From Bigelowiella natans CCMP2755 (lineage: Eukaryota > Protista > Cercozoa): DNA of 49,650 bases. The notes beneath the pieces are model-generated. The model saw only the letters and a program-made list of their open reading frames with translations. It did not search any database and was not told the origin of the DNA. This document shows, in pieces, positions 1 through 10,774 of this stretch; positions within the stretch are counted from its first letter, which is position 1; each line of letters opens with the position of its first letter. The translations under genes were made by a program, and so were the position numbers. The DNA is taken from contig ADNK01003142.1 in NCBI GenBank assembly GCA_000320545.1, forward strand, positions 1 to 49,650, given 5' to 3'.

Positions 1-88
1 GAGAGAGAGAGAGAGAGAGTGTAGAGAGAGAGAGAGAGAGTGTGAGAGAGTGATCCCGCTCTCTCTCTCTTATACATATATATATATT

Positions 89-141
<53 letters not shown>

Positions 142-149
142 TTACAACT

Positions 150-189
<40 letters not shown>

Positions 190-250
190 TCTCTCTTCCT
201 CTCTCTCTTCCTCTCTCTCTCGCTCTCTCTCCCTCTCCTCCTCTCGTCTT
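1..250. repeat. Compound microsatellite (GA)n/(CT)n/(TA)n
   Basis: Directly visible dinucleotide tracts. Similar (TA)n, (CA)n and (GA)n tracts fill introns throughout the window. Confidence 0.95.
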
Positions 251-559
251 CGCTTGTATTTTCTCGTTGATATCGTTCCAACGTGCGTGTGGACATGTAT
301 CTGTGCAAGCTCCTTTACATACCTTGCTTCATCGCGCTCGTAAACTACTCTGGCGCAATGTGATTTGATATTGATAACGTACCAGCTCTTTTCCCGCTTA
401 TTTTTCGAGGCCTTCTCTCGTGCTATATATCATAACCTGCTACCCCCTTCCCCCCCCCCCCCCCTCCCCACCCTTGTGCATCGCTCCGTGTCGGCGTCGG
501 CGTTTCTGCTCACTCTTCTCGTCAAAGGGGCTGCGAAACCGATAAAGAACTACTCGAAA

Positions 560-822
560 ATGGTAGGCAGGTCTTTCGATTTGTCTCCACGCTTTAGTGA
601 CTCTCCGCTCGCGCTCTGTCTCTCCGCCTTCGTTTCGGTGCTTTTTTACATCGTAATGCGCCATCTCCCTCCCCCCTCCCCCTCCCCTTCCATTTTTTCT
701 CGGTGGTGTTGTACGCAGGTTCTAGAGAAGATAAACAGCCGGGTGAAGATGAGAGATGCGGCGAAGAAGAAGAAAAAACAAGAAGAGGTGTGTTAAGTGA
801 TACCTGGTATATTATGTAAATG

Positions 823-861
<39 letters not shown>

Positions 862-1669
862 AGAGAGAGAGAGAGAGGGAGAGAGAGAGAGAGAGAGAGA
901 AAATATGGGAGAGAAAGAATTCCTTATAACCATTGCTATTTAACCTTTAGAGACGAAAACCGAAGAAAGCAGCAGCAGCAGCAGCACGGCCTGGTAGGTT
1001 GTAGAATTAGGTGTTTGAGTTGGTGGTGAGCACTCTTGGATAAATATTCGTTACGTGTTCTGTACATCTAATACACGCATAGACCCGCACAAAACCAAGT
1101 ATAGTACATTAATTATATATTAATATATATATATATATATATATTGTTTATTGATCTCATATATTTTTATACTATATCAATCCCGTGCGTGTGTGTATAT
1201 CCGCGCAAGGTGTTAAAAGTCTATAAAATGATGATTCTCACCATCATCGCGTATGTAACCTAGGTTCTTCGTATGCCCCACCTATAAAGCGGCAAGACAG
1301 CAGAGTGGGGAAGATCCTTCAAGGGCTGCCAACCAACGTCCAAAAGGTTCCAATACCATTGCGCGGAAGATAACGAGAGAGAGACAGAGACACACACGCA
1401 GAGATAGAGAGAGAGAGGGAGAGAGAGAGTGTGTCTTTTTCTTCCCAATGAAATTACAACTCACCACTAATCAGCATTGTATCTATTCTATCTAAATATG
1501 CGCTCGATTTGACCCGGTTATAAAGCAGCTGTGGTGATGGTGGTGATGATGTGCTGCTTGCAGGAGCTGGTAGGTTTTTCTGAAACAGACCTGATAGGCC
1601 TTACTAAGGACGACTGTGTGGACATCTGTGGGAGTAAGGCACAGGTGGGATATATCATGTGTTATGTAT

Positions 1670-1709
<40 letters not shown>

Positions 1710-2204
1710 ATCATAGCCATTATATGGGTTTGGCGTTGGAATCTGAATTGCAATCTAGGGGTTGGGAAAGTTGTCAATATCATTATAATTTATAGTAGTT
1801 ATGAATAATGATTTATTTCTATATATATTTTTTATATATATTTATATATATTCATCATGGAACATATTTTGAGGCTAAATGATCTTCATCTATACACGAA
1901 TCGAGGCCCATATCTCTACTGCATACACCATATATTTATCATCAGCCAGCCTTGAGAAGATATATGCACCAACCATTTCTTGGCTATACAGGGTATTCGT
2001 CTCTATCGGCGTATAAATCCAGTCTCTCCGCAAGCTAAGGAACATCAGGAGACTCATCAGGTGCATCGTGCTATTTGCTGTTCTCTTCTCCCGCCTTCGT
2101 TTATTGATCGTTCTCTCTCTTTCTCGAACTGGTTCTCACGGTTTCCAATTTTTTATTCATGTAGATATCTTAAATAAAGCTACTGTAATTACCCAGTATA
2201 TAAA

Positions 2205-2243
<39 letters not shown>

Positions 2244-2898
2244 GTCGTCGCTGAGTTTGATGCTAGCTAAGGCATTTTACGCATTTCGCCAATAAATTGC
2301 TATGATCAATCCAATATATTTCGGGTTTTAACCAGTAACTTTTGTACTATTTACCATACGAGCAGCGTGCCTTCCAGACGAGCCAGCCACCCCAAGATTC
2401 GAATGCGCATGCCCAGATGAGGGTGATTGCTAGCAGCCAAGCAAATAAACACCGTTTTTCATACTTGCATTCGTATAGAAAGAAGGAGGGGGGAGAGAGA
2501 GATAGAGATTGAGAGGCGGGGAGAGAGATTTTTTCAAAACTCACCCACACCCAAACGAACATATTATATATATATATATATATATATATACATAATATCA
2601 TCAATTTGTATGACTAATGCTTATGAACCTGCATTTTTTCTCTGCATTTCCAGTAATTTCGCTACTTTTTTAGCTTATCCAAATCCGGTATAGTTTGTAC
2701 GCGGTCAGATACCCTGCGGATGATGTGACTGACTATTGCTGCTGTCTTCTTCCTTTTTGCAAAGGAGCGGACTACTGAGAGAAAAGTTTTAAGTGATAAA
2801 GATCGGCCGCAGCAGGGTAGTTGCCCTTGTCGCGAAACAAAGATTCTAGGAACCTTTTGAAGATCTATATTAAATTTATGATTTCCAATATGTCCCTC

Positions 2899-2937
<39 letters not shown>

Positions 2938-3048
2938 TAATATATCGTTACAGTTATCATTAACTCTGTTATCACAGGCACAGTAGCTGCTTCGTCCTTG
3001 TTAGAAGGACAATTCGATGAGAGGAGTGGCCATGCGGTTATCTTAATT

Positions 3049-3087
<39 letters not shown>

Positions 3088-3197
3088 CCTATTAAACATT
3101 ACAATGATATATTGTTTTCTGATTCTTCGGTTATTGTCGCAGGATTTCCTCAAAGCCCGCGAAGAATTTCTCAAGGGAGGTAAAGATCATACCCACG

Positions 3198-3235
<38 letters not shown>

Positions 3236-3700
3236 TATATGAGTTTGGTCAGTAGGCTTAAATGCTATCGTCAAAGTGTATGAGCAAGCAGCTGACGATG
3301 TGTGGGTTTTTCATTCTCCGGAATGAAGTAGTGGCGTTTGTTATGTGCTTTCGCTATCGTAATGACTATTACCGTTTGGAAACGCATCGCTATTTGTGTA
3401 TAATTTATACAATATATTGACATTGTTGTTTGTTAATACCAGCCGCTGCATCGGCGGGGACGCGCACGCAGATCGTTCAATGTAATACATTTTTGAAGTT
3501 TTGCGGGGCATCTTCATGCGAGTGTGGTCTTTAGAGAGCATGTAGAACTCAAATAGGATCGTCGAATTTGAACGCATAGAAGATATAACAATGCGCTTTT
3601 TAATTTTAACATTGTTTTTCACCTTCTTAACGCAGCATCCAATGAGACCGCGACGTCAGAAGCATCACCAGCGGATTCAAGCACTGCAGGAACACTGTAC

Positions 3701-3745
<45 letters not shown>

Positions 3746-5917
3746 TTGCACAATCCATGTTCGAGTTAAAAACCTTTCGTCCATTTCCCCTTGTAATCCA
3801 TCCAACTGAGCGACCACGTTTTTTTATTGTTGCGCGCGCAGCTACCAACATAGCAGCCAGAGCCTGATGGAAGGCGAATTCGACGAGGTGGTGGACTCCG
3901 AGCACGATAGTTTTCTCTGATTTCATTCCTGAGCGGCATTTGTTTACTGCGATCCCAAAGTTTGATTACTATGGAAGAGATCGTACGAGCATACGCAGAG
4001 ATTGATCATCTGACCAATGTCCCAATAGGAGCAGCAGCCATTCCTAGGAACTAATTTTCGTCTTTGCCGTGTTCTGTTAGGCTGGAGGGCATGACGCTTT
4101 TCTGGAAGCAAGGAAAGCGTTCTTGGGCGAGGTGAATGGGGATTTATGACTAGATCGTCGAGCTCACATATAACACGATGATAAGAGACGATGGTTCATT
4201 CATTTTTCCTAACAAAGGCCGGAGTACATGACTTCAAAGATGGGAAGAAAGATCCAGATTTCAACTTGCCGAAAAGTAGCGATGATGGTGAAACGAGGTA
4301 CACCGTTGTATGCACATATCACATGGAAGATAGAAAGTGTTGGAAGAACTGCATCGATGGGAACATTGGAGGTAGAGGGGGGGGGGGCATTCTATGTTCC
4401 CAACTCTTCATTCTGTTTGTACTAGAGGAAATAATTGACAATCCTCGCCATTGAATCATTGCATGCGGATGATCATCTTTTAGATGGAAACCTAATGCGG
4501 GGAAAGGTCTGAACAACATGCTCAAGGTCGGCCATTGCGAACAGCGAAAGCTTCCAGCGAGAAATTGATGTTTCATCCTTCTTTTTCGAGCAATTCTTTG
4601 TATGAACTCATGGACAACGCAAAGATGCCGTTTTCTCACCATGCTGCATTTCGTACAACAGATGCTTGGGATTCAAGACGAGCAAGATGGTAAAATAACT
4701 TGCATGTGAGACTTTTTTTCTGTTTCGATGAGATCTGAGCCAGTTCTTTCTCCGTATGTGCATGAATCGTCCATTTCTAGTTTATTGATTTTCCACTATG
4801 CTGTAAGTTGTTGGCCGGGTGGTTACGTTTAATGTGCACGTTCAAATGCCCCAACGGCGCCTTTCGTTTTGCAGATATAACAACCTCGAGAGACCAACAA
4901 CAGGCAGAGGCCAATGGTATATTCCAGAGACTAGGACATGAGCGTTATCTTTGATAATGAGGCAGCACCATTGATGCATGTGTGTATATTTTTTTGAAAG
5001 GAATCGGTACAAACCCAGACGAATCTAGCGAAAAGACCAGCTGTTATAACTGTTACAAGCTTTTCTACAAAGACAAAGGTGTGGGCATGGTACCGGGCTG
5101 CCAGTGTCAAACACAATTGGAATACAAAGAGATAGAGAATCAGAATTAAAGAGAGGAGGGAGGCGGGGGAGGAAGCGAAATGACAGAGAGAAACGTAGAA
5201 AAGCTTGCCATTCGCTGACAACTCTTTCCCAATTATACTTCGAATCAACTCGAGCATTTGTATCTCGTAACACAGGGTTATCGGATAATGAAGGACATTG
5301 TTTCTGTAGCAAGCAGTGCTTGGAATTAGACCAGGAGGCTAGAGGACAGCAGAAAGAGGTATGCTATCTCCATGGAAAAACAATTTCGCTCGAGAATCAA
5401 CACATATGTGGTAACTTAATCTGTAAATGGCTAAGGGTAGATCATCTATTTTCTTGTTTGGTTGAGTGTGTGGTGTAAGTTATAACAAACATTATCTACT
5501 CATGGAACATGGCATGCATGCACAAATACGCGTATTTGGTATGATTTCACACACGCATAATGGCAGTTAGAGTGATGGAAGTTCTTCCAAAATGCCGAAA
5601 ACATCTAAGGATTGGAAAGCCATTCCATGTCATTTACGCATTTGTAATCTCAGGCGATGAGAGTCTTTCAAGAGAAGCTTCGCCGCGAACAAGAGGTAAT
5701 CAGCGTTTTGATCCTTTCAACCAAAATGGGTTATTTGTAGCCGTGCAGAAGGACATGCGTGTACAGTGTGTCCATGTGTTTTTCTCTATTTTATTGATGC
5801 ATGCGTGAACATATGTGCACAAATGTACACACATAGAGCATATTTGAACATGCCAAGTATGCTTTTAGGGGGAGAGGTGTGGTTTTAAGGATAATAATAA
5901 TAATGATGACGAGGAGG

Positions 5918-5961
<44 letters not shown>

Positions 5962-6192
5962 GAGAATACTTGCGAAAGTGAGCTAAAATGTCTTAGCACA
6001 CGAGTGAGTATGCATTTCTGAATGCATGATTCGACTATGTGTTGCACCCCAACTGCAGGCACTCGTACAATCAGCTGAAGCAACCCCAGTAGCCAATAGA
6101 GAAAAACCCCAGGTCCTCATTACATTGTAGCTTTCCCTTGTACTGCTGAGAAGGTGGCATTTGCATGGAACAAGGGTGACGAGAAGTTGTAA
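560..6192 (+). CDS. Multi-exon protein with a SAM-like domain, two ZBBX-like 'LLEGxFDE...FLxAR' repeats and an FCS/MYM(TRASH)-type zinc finger; 3' end uncertain (6130 or 6192)
   Basis: In-phase GT-AG exons give M|VLEKINSRVKMRDAAKKKKKQEE|RRKPKK...|GSSYAPPIKRQDSRVGKILQGLPTNVQK|ELVGFSETDLIGLTKDDCVDICGSKAQ|GIRLYRRINP (SAM-like). Then SLLEGQFDERSGHA|DFLKAREEFL and SLMEGEFDE|AGGHDAFLEARKAFL, followed by CYNCYKLFYKDK...GHCFCSKQC and AMRVFQEKLRREQE. Confidence 0.65.
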
Positions 6193-6269
6193 TCAGAGCT
6201 GCAAAAATAAGTTTTTCTCAATCGAAAATGAGCATTCTCTACATGGTTCTTAGGTGGAAATGCCACGCG

Positions 6270-9250
6270 GACCTATCGTTGAACTTCCTGATGACAGTTC
6301 TTCGGAATGCGATGAGTGATGAGTGAGCCAAGTAAGGACCCGCTCTTTTGGTTCCGTTGACTCTCAGCGGTACGAATGTTGTTGATGTGGTGGTTCGGGG
6401 AGCATCCCATTGCCGTTGTGCGTGGTTTCAAGCCGCGAACTGGATGTTATTTTCTGCATGACTCTGTACAAAGATTGTAAGACCAATATGCAACAAATCA
6501 AATCAAATTTGTTCAATGGCCGTCCTCATGTACTAGTGTAGCTTTGCAATGCAGCGGCTACAGCGCTGATGTTGAATCTATTGGTCTCCGTTGTGATGTG
6601 TTTCATGGAATTAAATGCATGTTGTTTTGGTCTTTGATGTCGCGCATTTCGCGCAGTAGTGCGTGTTTCCTTCTCATCGCATGTTAACATTTTCGTTTCG
6701 TCGTCACGCATCATTGCGTCAGTGAGCTGATTTCTCAAGCGGCGTTCATGTGTGGTGTGCTATGAACAACGAAGCAAAAGATCCACATCTTCGATGACGT
6801 TGCACGCTGCGCAGCGTGCTTTGAGTGTATTGTGCGATGACAACAAATCATTGCAAACGCAAATGGTGGCACGTGGTGGTGTGCGAGGCACACCTTCTGT
6901 CCCAATGAAGCGATGCGACATCATTGTGCCACTTCACCACGCCGATGTGGCATTGTGCTGTCTGTGTCGCATTGCATCGTTGCACTTGCAACTTGCTTCA
7001 CAGGGCTTTTTGTTGGGGGAATGGGGTCCCATTTGTGCAAAACATTGTGCACGGGGTGTGTGTGCATGCACGTACACGCACGTGAAAAGTTTGTTTTTCA
7101 AAAAAACCCAAACCCCACGATGATTTGGAAAACGAGAGAGGTGAACAAATGACTGATTTGAGTGGAGGTTCAAGTGAAAAGTGAAGAGGGAAACGATGCA
7201 AATGATTGATCATAACATTCCAGCATTGTTGAATGGAAGAATTGAAAAATGAATTGTCGAAAACAAAAGCAAAAACGGAGACATGCCAGCATGGTGCAAC
7301 TTGATGTTGTCAAAGTAAGAAACAGTTTGAAAGAGGAGCACATCAGGGTGAAAAACGGATGTGCTTTGGAAAAAAAACCAAAAATGGCAGAAGAAGGTTG
7401 CACGTTCCACAAATGGTTCAAAGAAGATGTTAGAAAGGATGACAAAACGTGCAGAATCAAAAAACAAAGGAAAATTGAAACAAAAGGTGAACTGTGAGTT
7501 CTGCAATCGACAATTGTTCCACAACCGAAAAGCACTTGCGAAGACATCAAACTAGCAAAGAACCAAGATGTGTTTGAACACAAGCAAGACAATGGCTCAC
7601 ATCAACAACAAAACAGTTCTCTGTGAAGCACAAGTGCGTGTTCCCACCTGGAAAACAAACGATTGACGTTCAAATGGTGTGCGAACAATAAAGTTTTGCC
7701 ATGAGCTTTTGCCAAACAAACGAACCTCATGTGAGGACACAATGTGATGTTCATTTCCAATGTCCCGTCCACGCTCACGCCACTGCTGTGGGCTGATGTG
7801 CGACTGCCACGTGTTGTGCTGACATGCGACTGCTCTGGTGCTGTGTGCCGTGCTGACATGCGACTGCTGCAACACACATGCTTAGCAATGTTCCACTAGC
7901 ATGAGTGGTCTTGTCAACAACTTTCACAGAGCATCCAAATCTGATTTCAATTCAAAGAAACATCTCACTGCAAGATTGACACGAGCAATGATGAGCAAGC
8001 AACTAAAAGTAGCACAGCGGATGAAATCAGTGACATTGACGATGAACTTGGTGAAATCGTCCTCGCAATAGATGACCTAAAAGCCAAAATGAATCCTGAA
8101 TTCCAGCGCAAACTGAGAGATGAGGTGATGAAAGACCACATTTGTCCAATGAGCGAAGTTGTAGATGGCTACGCATGACGACTTCTCCAACTATTCTTGG
8201 ACAGAACTCGATGTGTGTGCGGAAGCAGTCTACACAGCGAGGCGAAGATGCTCCCCACATTTGAGAGCTAATTGACCACCATGCCCACCAACAGCAAACA
8301 GCTTGCCATCCTCAACGGCCAAATCGTTGAGCTCCGTGATGACACTTCTTCCAAATACGACATTGGATGTTTGTTAGCGAAGTAGCGGACCACTCTTTTT
8401 GTTGCATTGGCTCTCGGTGGTACGAATGCCAATGTGGCGGTGGTTTTGGGGGGTGCATCGATGATCCCATTGCCATTACGCGTGGTTTCAAGTTGCAAAT
8501 ATGACAAATGTACATGTTTTCTTCCTTGTTCTTTGCGAAAATTGCATAGTGGGCACCTCGGATTGCATCTACAACGTGATTTAACGATGGACATCGCCAT
8601 TGTTGGAGCAATCTGTCGTAGTCGTAGGATGCAGCAGTGCTTGCATGCTGCAACAGCGCTGACTAGCAGACAATTAACTAGTCAACGCAATTTTGATACA
8701 AAGATTTTAATCTTCGATTCGATCTGCATACATGACGTCCTTTTGTTAGCTGCTGCCTATAGCTGTGAGCAGTGCTGGCAAAGATAGCTAGCTAGCAGCC
8801 ATAGAAAAACAGTTTTGTTCATTAGCATGCAATTTTTGCACAAATCGCGTGTTTATAATGTGGGTCTAGGACTAGAGGACTCGGGGTGTGCATGCGCGCT
8901 CTGTAGCCAGTTGATTCCTTGTGATACGCACAACACGGATGTAATAAAATGATTATTGAAATAAAATGATCAAATATTTTTGTTGTGATCCATGTGTGTA
9001 CAAAGTAATATCCCATATTGCATCGCCTAATCACGCGCTAACACAGAGATATGACACAAATCATCACATTTAGCAGCATGGTTTTGCACGTTTTGAGCTG
9101 ATCCCGCAGACATCACGGTGAGTGTTGCCGCGCGAGCACAGCACATGGTGCCCTAGAAACTGCCCGTCATACATGCACGGAATTTCAGAGAGCAATGCCG
9201 TATCTCATTATCATTGAAACACGATGTGACGATGTGTCAATCTTTCAAAT
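6270..9250. mobile_element. Degenerate, TpA-depleted repeat/transposon-like relic with an internal ~300 bp duplication and decayed C2H2-like finger fragments
   Basis: No intact ORF. 6270-6570 is homologous to 8315-8665. A frameshifted CEFCNRQLFHNRKAL(A)RHQ finger-like peptide lies at ~7490-7560. TpA is extremely depleted. No transposase or RT motif was recognised, so element class is unassigned. Confidence 0.4.
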
Positions 9251-9360
9251 CGCCTCCAGCTAGCGAGCATCACCCAAGAACTCTTGCGAACGAAGATCGG
9301 GTAACAGATGGAACACACCCGCCGCTCTAGCGCTGCCTGCCCTTTTCTCAACAACCCCGG

Positions 9361-10736
9361 CTAGATGCACACTGCGCCGCAAATTTCTGCTCCTTCGGGC
9401 AATGGACAGTCGAACTCATTGTCGGCCAGAGTGCAGTCGGGGATTTCTGGGGGGGGGGGGCATTGAAATTCACGGTGACTTCCAGTTTCATATGTGCTAA
9501 AAGATGCCGCATTTGCGCGAATTGCCAGAGCTACCTTTATATGGCAATCGAGGCAGCTCCCCGGAAAAGCTGCTATGATGCAGTTCCAAAGCTGTCAATT
9601 TGGTCAGCTTCTCCATGCTAAGTAGGGCAAAATAAAGGAGACGGCGTTGAAAGATATGACAGAAGGGCCAAGCGATTGAAACGGCGGCCTCCCAATGCGA
9701 CACAAAGAAACAAGAGCGTAAGAGGCTACAAATATTGAAAACACCTTTTCGGAAGAGCACCGCCAAGGTGAGGGTTATGATCTAGCCATATCATTTCCAA
9801 AGCCAACAGCTCTCCGAAATTAGCAGGGAGAGGCCCTGAAGTTAGCAAAATTGAATTTAGTTACGAACTCTTTGGCGAGCAATCCCCAACCCCCCCCCCG
9901 TCTTATTCTTCCCCCCTTCATGCCTACTCGTGAGTTTGCGACGAGGATATCACCTTTAACGTTCGTTCCTACAATGGAGAGCGCAACGAGGGCAGAGAAC
10001 TTCTCGATGGCCTTTGGAAGGTTCCCCGTGATTTTCTCGCCCATAAGGTAGATCTCGCTTATACGCTTCAAATCACGCTTATCCGTGCACACCAGCTTCG
10101 ACTCCCAAGAGCTCCCCTCGCAGCCGCAAGGATCTTACATACGAAGGAGCGGGGCAAATAAGGTCAAAACGAGGATTTAGAACACGAGTCGCAGAGCGGA
10201 TGATCGCCGAATAGGCAACGCAAGTTGCGAATACTGATAATATATGCATTCATCCTTGTGAATGCTAAGGGCACCACGGTTACTACCAAGTCGTAGATTC
10301 GGGCAAAGCGTACGATTTCGCGGCCAGGATTCGCCGCCAAGAGCGTCGTAAAGAGCCACCCACGCGTCACAATCACCGACGTCCAAACCCAACGAGCTCC
10401 CTGTCGGTTATACGCAAAAACGATTGATTTGCTGCGACGCCGAGAATGGCAGTTTTGGTGGTAGCCAATGAGCAAGTAGCTCTTAAGTAGATTTTCGCTA
10501 TTAAGAAGTACACACTTGTTCTACTAGTAATTCGCTGGAAAACGATGAAGAGAAACGCTTAGCTTTCAAGACTATTGTCTTGGATTTGTGCAAGGTCAGC
10601 AATAAAAAAGCACGAGCACTCTTTTACTAGCATTCTCTGTCGATTTGGTAGATCAGGCGTTTGCAGGTCCATGATGATAATTTTTTGATAATAACATATA
10701 TTAATGTAATAAATAAATATATATATTACAAAAAAG

Positions 10737-10774
<38 letters not shown>

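Noticed and set aside
50-343. ORFs rich in YI/SL/CV/HT repeats here and throughout (e.g. 32792-33289, 40144-40449, 49309-49554)
   Set aside because: They are translations of (TA)n, (CT)n and (GT)n microsatellites in introns or intergenic DNA.
7790-7870. CRISPR-like repeat-spacer pattern
   Set aside because: Only three 16-bp units with short unequal spacers, in a eukaryotic context with no cas genes.
8268-8787. Cys-rich ORFs as an intact transposase (CxC/KDZ-like)
   Set aside because: No catalytic motifs were recognised, and the paralogous copy has stops and frameshifts. ORFs appear easily here because TAA/TAG codons are depleted.
6400-9250. Classical fungal RIP or 5mC CpG decay as the cause of TG/CA excess
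   Set aside because: RIP raises TpA and CpG decay lowers CpG. Here TpA is lost while CpG persists.
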